Shown here: positions 18,910 through 29,696 of the stretch, in pieces | Layout of the letters: every line of letters starts with the position of its first letter | How positions within the stretch are numbered: the first letter of the stretch is position 1 | NCBI GenBank assembly: GCA_965246965.1 | Contig: CBDFGD010000002.1 | Location: 1,612,890 to 1,676,889 of the forward strand | Reading direction: 5' to 3' | DNA length: 64,000 nt | From: Vicinamibacteria bacterium | GTDB lineage: Bacteria > Acidobacteriota > Vicinamibacteria > Fen-336 > CBDFGD01 | Notes under the pieces: model-generated | The model's database searches: none | Told to the model about the DNA's origin: nothing | What the model saw: only the letters and a program-made list of their open reading frames with translations | Program-made: the position numbers and the translations under genes

Positions 18910-20289
18910 TCAAGCCACCACGTAGGTCGGCACAGCGCCGCCTCCCGCGCTGATGTTGATGACGGCTTCGCGCGACAAGCGGGTGATCGCACCGACCTCG
19001 CCTCCGCTCACGTAGAACGGATTCGTATTCAGCTTCAGCGATTCGAACCGGAGGTCTCCATCGATGACCATCGGGAAGCGCTCCTCAGGGATCTCGACCC
19101 GCTCCTGAACGACGGTCGGACGGCGCAGCGCGGTCTCGACGGCCGCGAGCCACTCTGCCTCTGTGACCTGATCTCCCACCACGACAGCCTCGCCGCCGTA
19201 CCCTTCGGTGGGCTTCAGCACGAAATCCCGCCGATGCGCCAGGACGTGCGGGACCAGATCCACCTCCCGGGCATGCCACAGGGTCTTGCGATCCTCGAGG
19301 CGGCGCGTCCAGGGCAGGCAGCGCAGAACGAGATCGCGCTCTTCCTCGCTCAATAGGTGCGCCCAGCTCTCGTCCGTCAGGATAGCGAAGAACCCCTTGT
19401 CCTCGGAGAGGTTGCAACGGAATGTGTTGATGAAGAGCGCCAGGCCCCTCTCATACGCCGTGAGGAAGGCCATGAGCTCGTCCGCCCGCGGGGCGATCTC
19501 CCAGGAGACTCCCCTTCGGAAGACGACGTCGACCGGCATCTCACCGCAGTACAGCCGCTCGCGCCGAATCTCGACGTCACGCATGTCGGCCACCACGCAG
19601 CGTGCGCCGCGCGCCTTGAAAACCTTCGACAGGATTTCCTGATCCGGGCGCGCCTTCACGTCGGTCCAGTCCAGGACCGCGACGTTTGGCACGCCACGGC
19701 CCCCGCGCCGACGCCAGAGCGAGGCGAAGGCGTCGACGAGCACCCCCGCGGAGCGCTGGTAGTGGACGCTCTTCTCCTTCGCGAAGGTCCGGAACAGGGG
19801 CAACCGCGCGAACACGTTGGCCATGCTGTCGCCGTAGCCGAAGCCCGCCGGCGCATCCGAGTTGATCTCGATGAAGCGCGGGCCGTCTGCGGTCGGGAAT
19901 GCGTCGACGCGCGAGTAGACGACATCCGGCTCTCCGGGATCGACACGCAACAGGCGCGCCCGCTCTTCGGGGATCCCCAGGTGAGCGCATAACCTGTCGA
20001 CGTCGCCATCGAAGACGCGCCGGGCAACGCGAGCGGCGATCTCGACCACGCGCCGCGCGCTCTGCCGGAGCCGACGCCAGTCCTCGACGTCAATGAAATG
20101 GGGGCGCAGGCAGGTAGGCATTGCGCTTCCGCCGAACGTGATGCCGGCGCTCCGAAACGCGTCTTGGAGCCACTCGTGTTGCGCGACCGCCGCGCCCGGG
20201 TCCGCAGCCACCCGCTCGTTGTAGGCGGCCACGGCAGCCTGGGCGGGAGTCACCGGCGCCGGGTGCGGCGCTTCCCGGGGATCGGCCAC
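18910..20289 (-). CDS. ATP-grasp-fold protein (circularly permuted type-2 / COG2308-like), function unknown
   Basis: 459-aa ORF. The assignment rests on overall resemblance recalled from memory, so it is low confidence. The putative start overlaps the pyrC 3' end by 40 bp. Confidence 0.35.
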   Translation of the reverse strand: MADPREAPHPAPVTPAQAAVAAYNERVAADPGAAVAQHEWLQDAFRSAGITFGGSAMPTCLRPHFIDVEDWRRLRQSARRVVEIAARVARRVFDGDVDRLCAHLGIPEERARLLRVDPGEPDVVYSRVDAFPTADGPRFIEINSDAPAGFGYGDSMANVFARLPLFRTFAKEKSVHYQRSAGVLVDAFASLWRRRGGRGVPNVAVLDWTDVKARPDQEILSKVFKARGARCVVADMRDVEIRRERLYCGEMPVDVVFRRGVSWEIAPRADELMAFLTAYERGLALFINTFRCNLSEDKGFFAILTDESWAHLLSEEERDLVLRCLPWTRRLEDRKTLWHAREVDLVPHVLAHRRDFVLKPTEGYGGEAVVVGDQVTEAEWLAAVETALRRPTVVQERVEIPEERFPMVIDGDLRFESLKLNTNPFYVSGGEVGAITRLSREAVINISAGGGAVPTYVVA

Positions 20290-21563
20290 ACGCGCCGCCC
20301 GCCCACGAAGGTCATCTCGGGCCAGCCGGTCAGAGTCCAGCCGTGAAAAGGCGAGTTACGCCCCTTGCTCTCGAATGACCCGACGTCGACACTGCGGCGT
20401 CGCTTCGGCGCGATCACCGCCACATCGGCCGCAGCGCCGGGCGCCAGGGTGCCCCCCGGCAGCCCCAGGCAACGGGCCGGAGCAGTCGAGAGCGCATCGA
20501 CGAATCGCAGCCAGTCGATCAGCCCCGGTCGCACCAACCGGTCGAGGATCAACGGGACCGCCGTCTCCAAGCCGACGATGCCGAACGCCGCGCGGTCGTA
20601 CTCGACGAGCTTGTCGTCGATCGCGTGAGGGGCATGATCCGTGGCGATGCAGTCGATGGTGCCATCGCGCAGCCCCTCGACGACCGCTTCCCGATCCGCC
20701 GCGGAGCGGAGCGGCGGGTTCATCTTGGTCGCCGTGTCGTAGTCCGTCTCCCGCACCGCCGCATCGGTCAGCAGCAGATGGTGTGGGGTCACCTCGGCCG
20801 TGACGCGCACACTCCTCTGCTTGCCCCTGCGCACGGCATCCACGGCGCCGGCCGTGCTGATGTGAGCGACGTGCAGCCTGCCGCCGGTCAGCTGGGCGAG
20901 CTGTACGTTGCGCTCGACCGCGATCGTCTCGGCCGCCGCCGGAGCGCCTCGTAGTCCGAGGGTGGTGGACACGGGCCCCTCGTTCATAGGCGCTCCGCGA
21001 GACAGAGCGGGCTCGTCGCTGTGCTCGATGACCGGCAGATCGAAGGTGAGCGCGTACTCGAGCGCGCGCCTCAGCATTCCGGCGTCGGCCACAGGGCGGC
21101 CGTCGTCCGACACCGCCACGCACCCGGCGTCTTTGAGATCGCCGAACTCCGCCAGCTCTTCCCCCTGCGAGCCGCGTGTGATCGCCCCGATCGGGTAGAC
21201 GCGCGCGGCGCCCTGCTTCTCGGCTTTGTCGATGATCGATCGCGTGATGCCGGCGTTGTCGTTGACGGGATATGTGTTCGGCATCGCGCATACGGCACTG
21301 AAGCCTCCCGCAGCAGCCGACAACGTACCCGTCGCGATCGTCTCCTTGTCCTCCTGCCCCGGTTCCCGGAGGTGCACGTGCAGGTCGATGAAGCCCGGGC
21401 AGACGATGCGGCCAGCGACATCGACCGTCTCGGCGCCGCGACGCAGGACCTTCTTTCCACACTCGGCGACCCGGCCGTCGACGATGAGAATGTCGGCGTC
21501 GCCGTCGATTCCCTGAGAGGGATCGACGACGCGCCCACCGCTGAGCAGGATGCGGCTCACTGG
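20250..21563 (-). CDS. pyrC: Dihydroorotase
   Basis: Metal-binding HVHLREPG near the N-terminus, plus DHAPH and amidohydrolase motifs. GTG start at 21563, overlapping the pyrB stop. Confidence 0.85.
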   Translation of the reverse strand, partial: PVSRILLSGGRVVDPSQGIDGDADILIVDGRVAECGKKVLRRGAETVDVAGRIVCPGFIDLHVHLREPGQEDKETIATGTLSAAAGGFSAVCAMPNTYPVNDNAGITRSIIDKAEKQGAARVYPIGAITRGSQGEELAEFGDLKDAGCVAVSDDGRPVADAGMLRRALEYALTFDLPVIEHSDEPALSRGAPMNEGPVSTTLGLRGAPAAAETIAVERNVQLAQLTGGRLHVAHISTAGAVDAVRRGKQRSVRVTAEVTPHHLLLTDAAVRETDYDTATKMNPPLRSAADREAVVEGLRDGTIDCIATDHAPHAIDDKLVEYDRAAFGIVGLETAVPLILDRLVRPGLIDWLRFVDALSTAPARCLGLPGGTLAPGAAADVAVIAPKRRRSVDVGSFESKGRNSPFHGWTLTGWPEMTFVGGRRVWPIPGKRRTRRR

Positions 21564-22492
21564 CGTTCCTCCTGATTCGAACCGAGCAGCAGATAGAGCA
21601 CGGCCATCCGCACCGCGACGCCGTTGGTGACCTGGTCGAGGATCACCGAATAGGGACCGTCCGCCACTTCGCTGGCTATCTCGACACCGCGGTTCATGGG
21701 GCCGGGGTGCATGATCAGAACGTCCCGCACGGCGTGATCGAGGCGCGCCTCGGTGAGACCGAAGCGCTGGTGATACTCCCTCGTCGACGGGAGAAAGCCG
21801 CCGCTCATGCGTTCCCGCTGCAGGCGCAGCATCATGATCGCGTCGGCACCCTCGACTGCGCGATCGAGATCGTGAACGACGGGAGCCAACGCTTCGATGC
21901 CCGGCGGAATCAGAGTCGGAGGTCCGCACAGAACGACGCTGGCCCCCATCTTCGAGAGCAGCCAGAGGTTCGACCTCGCGACGCGGCTGTGGGTTACGTC
22001 GCCGACGATCGCCACGCGCAGGCCGGCGAGGCCGCCCGTGCGTTGCCGCAGCGTGAGCGCGTCCAGGAGCGCCTGGGTCGGATGCTCGTGGGCGCCGTCG
22101 CCCGCGTTGACGATGGACGAGCGACAGTTGCGCGCGATGAAGTGGGGCACGCCAGCCGACGGGTGTCGAATCACGATGACGTCCGGGCTCATCGCCTCGA
22201 GGTTCCGCACCGTGTCGAGGAGCGTTTCGCCCTTTTGCGCACTCGAGTTCGACGCGGCAATCGAAAGGCTGTCGGCCGACAGCACTTTCTCCGCCACCTC
22301 GAAGGAGGCGCGGGTTCGCGTCGAGGGCTCGTAGAACAGATTGACCACCGTCTTTCCCCGCAACGCCGGGACCTTCTTGATCGGGCGATCGAGAACCTCG
22401 CGAAGCCCCTCGGCTGTATCGAGCAGCGTCTCGATCTCGTCTTTCTCGAGCGTCTCGATGCCGAGCAGGTGACGCGTTCGCAGGCCGCTCAC
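21557..22492 (-). CDS. pyrB: Aspartate carbamoyltransferase catalytic subunit
   Basis: STRTR carbamoyl-phosphate-binding motif, HPTQ and an HP.QAL block. 311 aa. Confidence 0.9.
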   Translation of the reverse strand: MSGLRTRHLLGIETLEKDEIETLLDTAEGLREVLDRPIKKVPALRGKTVVNLFYEPSTRTRASFEVAEKVLSADSLSIAASNSSAQKGETLLDTVRNLEAMSPDVIVIRHPSAGVPHFIARNCRSSIVNAGDGAHEHPTQALLDALTLRQRTGGLAGLRVAIVGDVTHSRVARSNLWLLSKMGASVVLCGPPTLIPPGIEALAPVVHDLDRAVEGADAIMMLRLQRERMSGGFLPSTREYHQRFGLTEARLDHAVRDVLIMHPGPMNRGVEIASEVADGPYSVILDQVTNGVAVRMAVLYLLLGSNQEERQ

Positions 22493-23127
22493 GACCGTCC
22501 CCTGGCAGTACGCCGCTTCTTGACCGACCGATTCTTCCCGTCCGCCGGGGATCGCTTGATCGCTCGCGACTTCGCGAGGGTCCTCGGCTTGCGGGCGGCG
22601 CGTGCGCCCTTCTTCTCGAGCAACACCACCCGATCTGCGCCGTCCTGCTCCTCGACCGAGACCTGGACGTTCTCGTCCAAGCCGGTCGTCACCAGCTTGC
22701 CGGCGTAGTCCGCGTGTATCGGTAGCTCGCGGCGACCCCGATCGACGAGCACCGCCAGCTCGATGCGAGCCGGGCGGCCGAAGTCGATGAGCTCGTCGAG
22801 GGCCGCGCGCACCGTCCTGCCCGTGTAGAGAACGTCGTCGACGAGGATCACCGTCCGGGCGTCGATCGAGCCGGGGATGTCCGTGCCACGCAGTATCGGG
22901 TGCGGCGCCAGAGCCGTCAGGTCATCGCGGTACAGCGTGATGTCCAGGGCCCCCACGGGCGGCACCGAGCCTCTGGCAAGATCGCCGGTCAACTGTGCGA
23001 GGCGCGCGGCCAGCGGGACGCCGCGGCTGCGGATCCCCACGAGGACGACGCCGGAAAGACCCGGGTGGCGCTCGACGATCTCGGAGGCGATGCGACGCAG
23101 CGTGCGCGCCATGCGCGCGCGATCCAT
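22489..23127 (-). CDS. pyrR: Bifunctional pyrimidine operon regulator / uracil phosphoribosyltransferase PyrR, with an about 35-aa Lys/Arg-rich C-terminal extension
   Basis: PRTase motif [13 protein letters not shown] plus a PyrR N-terminal block. An alternative GTG start at 23163 would overlap the upstream phosphatase stop in a GTGA arrangement. Confidence 0.75.
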   Translation of the reverse strand: MDRARMARTLRRIASEIVERHPGLSGVVLVGIRSRGVPLAARLAQLTGDLARGSVPPVGALDITLYRDDLTALAPHPILRGTDIPGSIDARTVILVDDVLYTGRTVRAALDELIDFGRPARIELAVLVDRGRRELPIHADYAGKLVTTGLDENVQVSVEEQDGADRVVLLEKKGARAARKPRTLAKSRAIKRSPADGKNRSVKKRRTARGRS

Positions 23128-23159
23128 CAGTTCCCGGCGCTCCCGGAAGCCGTGAGGGG

Positions 23160-24743
23160 TCACGTGGCGAGCGCGGATCCTTTTGCCGCGGCGCTGGGCG
23201 GCATCTCGAGCCGCGTCTTCAAAACAACGAGCGTGGCGTCGTCCCGCGGCTCGGCGCGCCCGCGAAAGGCGCGCACGCCGTCCTGGACGTGGGCCAGCAT
23301 GCCGTCGACGGAACGCTCGCGCGACGCCACGAGTAGCTCGGCGAGCCGTTCCTCCCCCAGCTCCTCGCCCGTCGGATCCTCGGCCTCGGAGAGGCCGTCG
23401 GTGAAGGCGCACAGTGCGCCCCCGACGCCGAGCTCGATGCGTCCGACCTCGTAGCCGCCACCCGGCAGCAGCGCCAGTGGCCTACCGGTGGACGGGAGGC
23501 GCCGCCTCTCGCCGTTCGTCGCCACGAGCACGGGCTCGGCGTGACCCGCGTTCAGGTAACGCAGCTCTCGGCCGGCCGGATCGACGACTCCCGCGAACAA
23601 CGTGAGGTAGTGGCCCGTGTTGGTGCTGGCCGCGATCTCGTGGTCCAGCTCGTCGGCGACACGGGCGAGATCTCGCCTCGAGATCAGGCGCGCGCGAAGT
23701 GTCGCCTGGAGATTGGCCATCAAAAGGGCCGCCGGAACGCCCTTCCCCGAGACGTCCCCTACGAGTACGACGAGCGCGCCGTCCGGCAGCCGGAAGTAGT
23801 TGTAGAAGTCGCCTCCGACGGCGCGAGCCGCGACGGACCAGCCGCTCACCTCCGCCGTGAGCGTGCGCAGCGACGTGCGTGGAAGGAACTCGTTCTGGAT
23901 CCGCTGGCACAGCTCGAGCTCCCTGCGCAAGCTCTCGCGCCGCACCAGCTCCAGCTGGTGCAACGCCAGGTCCTCGGCCATCCGGTTGAAGGACTCGGCC
24001 AGCTCGCCGAGCTCGTCCTTGGAGCGGACCGGGACGCGCACGGTGAGGTCTCCCTTGGCCAGGCGCTCCGCGCCTTCGGTGACGCGAGCGAGATTTCGGG
24101 TCAGGCGGCGCGACAATGGACGAATCGTCAGCAGGGCAGCGATCGCCATGGCGAGCCCGTAGCCCAGGTTGCGCAGCGCAGCCTCCCGGATGTCCCGCAG
24201 CTCCGCGCCGACCGGTCGCGCGATCCCGAGCGTGAGGCCGGAGGCTGGATCGCGGCGCATCACTACGATCCAGTCGCCGAGCGCCTGGACCGAGCCGCCG
24301 GGGTCGGTCGGGGCCCGAAGGCCGGTCTCGGTGAAGGTGTTCAGCACGGGCTGATCGGTCGCGTGGCGCGCGATCAGCTGCCCGCCGGCGTCGAGTCCGA
24401 AAGGAATCTCGCCCTGCTCCACCTCGGCGCGAGCCAACACGCCCTGCAAGGTGTCGAGCGCCTGGTCCCGCTCGGCCTGGGCCAGCGCGTCGCGACGAGC
24501 CTTCTCGTAGTCTTCGCTCCGGTCCGGCTTGGGTTGCTGCAGAAGCCGGGCCATGCGCCGGCTGAGCTCCAGCGTGAAGCGCTCCATTTCGGTACCCATG
24601 CTCTCGGCGAGGGTTTCCGCCTCGGCCTCGACGGCCCGCCGGTAGCTGCCCTCCGAGCTGAAGTAGCCCTGCAGCGTCACGACCGTCAGCGGGACGATCG
24701 CCACGATCGCGAACGTCAACATCAGCTGGGTTCGCAGCCTCAC
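23160..24743 (-). CDS. HAMP-domain SpoIIE/RsbU-like PP2C serine phosphatase (membrane anchored)
   Basis: N-terminal transmembrane helix, a HAMP linker (…FNRMAEDL…) and a PP2C/SpoIIE domain (GDVSGKG, DG..E). Confidence 0.75.
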   Translation of the reverse strand: MRLRTQLMLTFAIVAIVPLTVVTLQGYFSSEGSYRRAVEAEAETLAESMGTEMERFTLELSRRMARLLQQPKPDRSEDYEKARRDALAQAERDQALDTLQGVLARAEVEQGEIPFGLDAGGQLIARHATDQPVLNTFTETGLRAPTDPGGSVQALGDWIVVMRRDPASGLTLGIARPVGAELRDIREAALRNLGYGLAMAIAALLTIRPLSRRLTRNLARVTEGAERLAKGDLTVRVPVRSKDELGELAESFNRMAEDLALHQLELVRRESLRRELELCQRIQNEFLPRTSLRTLTAEVSGWSVAARAVGGDFYNYFRLPDGALVVLVGDVSGKGVPAALLMANLQATLRARLISRRDLARVADELDHEIAASTNTGHYLTLFAGVVDPAGRELRYLNAGHAEPVLVATNGERRRLPSTGRPLALLPGGGYEVGRIELGVGGALCAFTDGLSEAEDPTGEELGEERLAELLVASRERSVDGMLAHVQDGVRAFRGRAEPRDDATLVVLKTRLEMPPSAAAKGSALAT

Positions 24744-26614
24744 TTGACGGGCTCCTGGTCCTCGAGAGGCGGAACGTCGACGGGCGGCGGCGGGGGTTCA
24801 GTCACGGCGAGGCTCTCGTAGCTCGGGATGTAGGTTACGGGATGAGAGCGCGCGAAGCTCTCATCGAGCATGCCCGTGAGGACGACTCCCTCCATGTCCC
24901 GGGCCACCGGCAATCCCATCAGGTAGAGGACCGTCGGCGTCACGTCGAGCACCGAGGCGCCCAGCATCTCCGTGCCCGGCCGGATCCCCTCTCCGACTGC
25001 GATCAGAAACCCGGGGGGTGCACCGGCGTGGGATCCGCTCATCGACGAGCCGCCGAGCACACCGGTGATGGCGCGACGCCACAATGGGACGGGGCGCATC
25101 CCGTACCCGGACACGACCAGCAGCACCTCGTCCGGCTCCAACGATTCGTGAAGCTCCCCCACCCACTCGCCGAGCTGGGCCGTGTAGCGCTCGATCACAT
25201 CGCCGTAACGTCGCACCTCCATGGGAGTGACGTCGCCGAAGCGCTCGGGGTTCGCGAACCTGTGGAAGGTGTGCCCCACGATGTCCGCTCCGAAGAAATA
25301 GGTCGCAAAGAAAGCCGGCTGGTACGCCGCCCTCAGCACCTCCCCGGCCCTCTTGTAGGTGAGGTCCCGGGCCAGGGCGCGCTCCAACAGCTCGCGCTCC
25401 AGCTCCACGTCCACGGCATCGCCCGAGACCGAGACGTCTACGAAGCGACCGAGCGAGCTCTCGACGGCCGCGAACGACACGGCCCGCGCCCCGATCTCGT
25501 CGACGAGATCGGTCGGAAACAAGGTCTCGAGCCGGCGCCCCGGAACCTCGCCCAGCAAGTGAAAGTAGTTGGACAGCATGAAACCCGATACGTGCTCGGG
25601 TGGGTGAGTTCCCCAGAAGCGAATCACGCCCGCTTGAATCCCGAACGCGTTGAGCGCATGCCAGAGCGCCCGACGCCGCCGCGACGCCGCCGTCACCGGA
25701 GATCTCGTCACCAGGCGCAGGCCCTCGAGCGCGCTCACGAGCACGCCCTTCGGCAGCAGCTGCATCGGAGGGCCGTCCGCCGCGAGCCGGTAGTCCACGA
25801 AGCTCTTGACGCCGTGCGCGCTGGGCGAGCGCCCCGTGAAGATCGACGCCCAGATGGGCGGCCCCTCGGTCGGTTGAAGCGTGCCGAGGGACGCGAAAGC
25901 GCCTTGCCGCAGCAGCGAAGCGAAGACCGGCAGGCGCCCCGCGCGGGCCGCTTCCCGCAGCGCCTCGGCATCGACTCCGTCGACCCCCACCAGGATGACG
26001 CGTTTGACGGGGGCGACGGGCTCAGTCGCGAGCCTGGCGGGTTCCGCCCCCGTCGCGGGTTTCGGACGCAAAGCGAGCGGCACCGCGAGCGCAGCGCCGA
26101 AGGCCAGCACGATCAGCGCGGAATGCCCACCCCGTCGTCTGTAGGGGAACGCCAGGAGGGAAACACCCACCGCCAGCAGCAAGGCAACGATGCAGCTGAG
26201 GCCGATCGCTGACAACTCCAGGGCGTGAAGCGATGCCGGGGAGACGGAGTCCTCGTACGCGTAGCGATTGAACCAGTAGAGACCCGCCGTGGCCGAAACG
26301 GAGAGGAACAAAAGGGACGCAAACCACGGTAGCTCCACGATCAGGGCTTGCGACGCCCGTGGCCACCACTCGACGGCGCTGATCAAGCGCAGCACGAACA
26401 GGAGCGCGAGGGTGCCGACCACCCAGTACGGAAGGAACAGCGACCCAAACAGCGCCCCCGCGCTCGCGCCCAGCTCGAAGGAAGGATTGAGGATCAGCGC
26501 GAGAACCGTGATCCCCGAGGCGAGCTGGACGGCCGCCAGAGCGGCACTCGCCAGGATCCTGGTCCACACGGTGGCAATACTAGCCTTCCACCGTGGAACA
26601 GGAACGACAGCCAC
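24740..26614 (-). CDS. Membrane-anchored alkaline-phosphatase-superfamily protein (type I phosphodiesterase / sulfatase-like)
   Basis: Several N-terminal transmembrane helices, then VILVGVDGVD (metal-binding Asp block of the AlkP core) and GHTFH. Its start/stop overlaps the downstream phosphatase gene. Confidence 0.55.
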   Translation of the reverse strand: MAVVPVPRWKASIATVWTRILASAALAAVQLASGITVLALILNPSFELGASAGALFGSLFLPYWVVGTLALLFVLRLISAVEWWPRASQALIVELPWFASLLFLSVSATAGLYWFNRYAYEDSVSPASLHALELSAIGLSCIVALLLAVGVSLLAFPYRRRGGHSALIVLAFGAALAVPLALRPKPATGAEPARLATEPVAPVKRVILVGVDGVDAEALREAARAGRLPVFASLLRQGAFASLGTLQPTEGPPIWASIFTGRSPSAHGVKSFVDYRLAADGPPMQLLPKGVLVSALEGLRLVTRSPVTAASRRRRALWHALNAFGIQAGVIRFWGTHPPEHVSGFMLSNYFHLLGEVPGRRLETLFPTDLVDEIGARAVSFAAVESSLGRFVDVSVSGDAVDVELERELLERALARDLTYKRAGEVLRAAYQPAFFATYFFGADIVGHTFHRFANPERFGDVTPMEVRRYGDVIERYTAQLGEWVGELHESLEPDEVLLVVSGYGMRPVPLWRRAITGVLGGSSMSGSHAGAPPGFLIAVGEGIRPGTEMLGASVLDVTPTVLYLMGLPVARDMEGVVLTGMLDESFARSHPVTYIPSYESLAVTEPPPPPVDVPPLEDQEPVK

Positions 26615-26650
26615 GGAGGCGCAGAGACTCGGAGAACGGCCAAGGCGGCG

Positions 26651-27060
26651 TCATTGTGAGATTCCGACTCCGCAGCGTCATTCTGAGTGAGCGCTAGTCC
26701 CCGCTTGGAGGGAAGAATCCGTCTGCTCCTCTTCACTCGATCGTCAGCCGTTTCCACAAAGAGGGGCGGGCGGATCCTTCGGCCCGACCACGACTGACCC
26801 GGACTCAGGATGACGAGGAGTCGATCCGTCAATCGCCATCGCCGCCATCGAAAGCTTCGTCCCCTCGTCATTCTGAGCGACCGATCGTCTCCGCCTGGAG
26901 CGAAGAATCCGTCTGCCCTTCCTCACTTAATCGTCAGCCGTTTCCACAGAGAGGAGCTGGCGGATCCCTCGGCCCGGCCACGACTGAGCCGGCCTCAGGA
27001 TGACGAGGAGTCGATACCGTCGATCGCCGTCGACTTCATCGAAGTTGTGGCGCGTCTGCT
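26651..27060. repeat. Intergenic ~190-bp repeat family, locus B (two tandem units 26677-26866 and 26867-~27060, plus a partial upstream copy)
   Basis: The two units share a GTCATTCTGAGYGAVCG… start, an …AAGAATCCGTCTGC… segment, …CGTCAGCCGTTTCCACA… and …CTCAGGATGACGAGGAGTCGAT…. Its reverse complement is at locus A. Confidence 0.75.
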
Positions 27061-27196
27061 CCCCTTCCCCTCCCCGTGCATTCTCCACTGCTCCTCGCTC
27101 AACCCGAGTTCGTGACGACAGGAGACGCGCCGAGAGGCCTGTTATCATCAGCCTCGATCTCGTGACGCAAACGGCTCAGCGCAGCGCGCTCCGCAT

Positions 27197-28030
27197 TTGG
27201 CAGTAGATCTCGACGTCGCGCTCGTCGGCAAAGAACGCATCCTTGGCGACTACTTCCTACTGACCTTCGAACATGCCGAGGTCGCGGCGACGGCGCGGCC
27301 GGGCCAATTCGTCATGATCAAGGCGGGCTTGTCGCGAGAGCCCCCGCTGCGGCGACCGTTCTCGATCATGACGGTCGAGGCCAGGGCGTCCACGTTCACG
27401 CTGTTCATCAAGGCTATCGGCCCGGGCACCGCGGCCTTGTGCTCGCTCCAGGAAGGACAGTCCGCGCGCTGCCTGGGGCCGCTCGGCACACCGTTCAGCC
27501 TGCCGCCTCCGGGCGACCTGCTCGTTCTCGTCGCGGGCGGGTACGGCGTCGCGCCGTTCGTGATGCTGCTCGAGGAGCGCTCGGCCAATACGCGGCTCTT
27601 CTACGGCGGCCGCACGGCGAGCGAGCTTCCCCTTCTCGATCGTCTCGCCCCACACGGCTGGAACGTGGTGCCGGCGACCGAGGACGGCAGCGCGGGTGAA
27701 CACGGCCGGGTGACCCAGCCGCTCGAAAAGCACCTCGCCGATTCGCAGGCGCCCGCCACGCTGCTGGCTTGCGGCCCCGAGGCGATGCTCGAGGCGGTCG
27801 GCGAGATCGCAGAGCGAAGGGGACTTCACGCGCAGGTGAGCCTCGATCCCTGGATGGGCTGCGGGGTCGGCACCTGCCTCGGCTGCGTCGTCCCAATCCA
27901 GGAGGAGAGCGAAGATCGTCCGCGACTCCGCTGCGCTTGCACTCAGGGGCCGGTCTTCGACGCGCGCAACGTCGTGTGGCCCGGCGCAACCCGATCCGCT
28001 GCCGGAAGGCGAGCGCTGGCGAGCTCGTGA
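27197..28030 (+). CDS. pyrK: Dihydroorotate dehydrogenase electron-transfer subunit
   Basis: FAD/NAD-binding ferredoxin-reductase-like fold with a C-terminal 4-Cys cluster (CGVGTCLGC…C). Confidence 0.8.
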   Translation: MAVDLDVALVGKERILGDYFLLTFEHAEVAATARPGQFVMIKAGLSREPPLRRPFSIMTVEARASTFTLFIKAIGPGTAALCSLQEGQSARCLGPLGTPFSLPPPGDLLVLVAGGYGVAPFVMLLEERSANTRLFYGGRTASELPLLDRLAPHGWNVVPATEDGSAGEHGRVTQPLEKHLADSQAPATLLACGPEAMLEAVGEIAERRGLHAQVSLDPWMGCGVGTCLGCVVPIQEESEDRPRLRCACTQGPVFDARNVVWPGATRSAAGRRALASS

Positions 28031-28965
28031 GGCTCGCGGTCGAGATCGGCGCACTGAAACTGAAGAACCCCGTGATCGCCGCCTCCGGTACCTTCGGCTA
28101 CGGCGTGGAGGTCGCGAGCGTCACGGAGCTTTCGCGTCTAGGCGGTATCGTCACCAAAGGGCTCTACCTCGAGCCGCGAGAGGGTTGCCCGACTCCGCGC
28201 GTGGCCGAGACGCCTTCTGGTCTGCTCAATGCGATCGGGCTGCAGGGAGTTGGCGTCAAGGCCTTCGTGCGGGAGGTCCTTCCGAGGCTGGCCGAGCACG
28301 ACACGGCCGTGATCGTGAACGTGTGCGGAGATACGGTGCGTGAGTACGCGGACGTCTCATCCATTCTGGACGCTACCGCCGGTGTCTCGGCACTCGAAAT
28401 CAACATCTCCTGCCCGAACGTGGAGCGCGGCGGGCTTCAGTTCGGAATCGACGCCCGCATGACGCACGAGGTGGTCGCCGCGGTGCGCAAGGCGACGAGC
28501 CTACCGATCATCCCCAAGCTGTCCCCCAACGTTACGGACATCACGGTCTTCGCCCGGGCCGCCGAGGAGGCGGGAGCGGACGCCCTCTCCTGCGTCAATA
28601 CGCTGCTCGGACTGGCCGTCGACATCCAGACGCGGCGCCCGAAGCTCGCGTTCGGAACCGGCGGACTCTCCGGCCCCGCCATCCGTCCCGTGGCGCTGAG
28701 ACTCGCCTGGCAAGCCGTCCAGGCGGTTTCGATTCCCGTCATCGGAATCGGAGGCATCGCCGAAACGCCCGATGCTCTCGAGTTCCTGATGGCGGGGTGC
28801 CGTGCGGTCCAGGTGGGAACCGCCAACTTCGTGGACCCAGCAGCTGGCGCGGGAATCGTTGCCGGACTCGAGGACTACCTGGAACGCGAGGGGCTCGCTT
28901 CGATAGGCGAGGTGATCGGCACCCTTCAGATGCCGCGCCGCGAGCCAACGGCGGCGCCCGGTTGA
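28027..28965 (+). CDS. pyrD: Dihydroorotate dehydrogenase catalytic subunit (class 1B)
   Basis: N-terminal NPVIAASGTFGYG, catalytic Cys region and FMN-binding IGIGGI. GTG start overlaps the pyrK 3' end. Confidence 0.85.
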   Translation: MRLAVEIGALKLKNPVIAASGTFGYGVEVASVTELSRLGGIVTKGLYLEPREGCPTPRVAETPSGLLNAIGLQGVGVKAFVREVLPRLAEHDTAVIVNVCGDTVREYADVSSILDATAGVSALEINISCPNVERGGLQFGIDARMTHEVVAAVRKATSLPIIPKLSPNVTDITVFARAAEEAGADALSCVNTLLGLAVDIQTRRPKLAFGTGGLSGPAIRPVALRLAWQAVQAVSIPVIGIGGIAETPDALEFLMAGCRAVQVGTANFVDPAAGAGIVAGLEDYLEREGLASIGEVIGTLQMPRREPTAAPG

Positions 28966-29663
28966 CGGGCCGGGAGCGCCTGATCGTGGCTCTCGACGTG
29001 TCGAGCGCGGGCGCGGCACGGCAGCTCGTCGACCTTCTCGGTGGCCATGTAGGCATGTTCAAGGTGGGTAAGCAGCTCTTCACCCGAGAGGGACCCGGAT
29101 TCGTACGAGAGCTCATCGCGCAGGGCGAGCGGGTCTTTCTCGACCTCAAGTTCCACGACATTCCGAATACCGTCGGGGCAGCGGTGTCGGCGAGCGTCGA
29201 CCTGGGCGTCTCGCTCGTCAACGTTCACGCCGCCGGTGGAAGAAAGATGGTCGCGGCCGCCGCACGTGCCGTTGACGGCTCCGATACCCGTCTGCTGGCA
29301 GTGACAGTGCTCACCAGCCTCGACGATCTGGCCCTGGCCGAGACGGGAATGGCCGAACCGGTTGCAGCCACGGTAGCGAAGCTGGCGAGCCTGGCGCACG
29401 TCGCCGGCGCGGCGGGCGTCGTCGCGTCGCCACGCGAGATCGTTCACGTGCGCAAAGCCTGCGGCAGCAACTTCCTGATCGTCACTCCCGGCGTGCGTCC
29501 GGCGCACGCCGCCCAGGACGACCAGGCGCGCGTCGCCTCCCCGGGCGAGGCCGTGGCGCTCGGCGCCGACTACCTCGTCGTGGGACGCCCCATCACCAAA
29601 GCGGCGGACCCTGCGGGAGCAGCAGACGAAGCCGCGGCCGAAATCGACTCGGCCGGGCTCTAG
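28962..29663 (+). CDS. pyrF: Orotidine 5'-phosphate decarboxylase
   Basis: LIVALD…DLKFHDIPNT (catalytic DxKxxD). TTG start overlapping the pyrD stop. Confidence 0.85.
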   Translation: MTGRERLIVALDVSSAGAARQLVDLLGGHVGMFKVGKQLFTREGPGFVRELIAQGERVFLDLKFHDIPNTVGAAVSASVDLGVSLVNVHAAGGRKMVAAAARAVDGSDTRLLAVTVLTSLDDLALAETGMAEPVAATVAKLASLAHVAGAAGVVASPREIVHVRKACGSNFLIVTPGVRPAHAAQDDQARVASPGEAVALGADYLVVGRPITKAADPAGAADEAAAEIDSAGL

Positions 29664-29696
29664 GACTACCGCCCGGGCCGGTGGACAATCACGTCC

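Noticed and set aside
20356-21462. 368-aa minus-strand ORF in another frame of pyrC
   Set aside because: Same-strand alternative frame of dihydroorotase. Arg/Gly-rich.
24842-26212. 456-aa plus-strand ORF
   Set aside because: Antisense to the membrane AlkP-family gene. Arg/His/Glu-rich.
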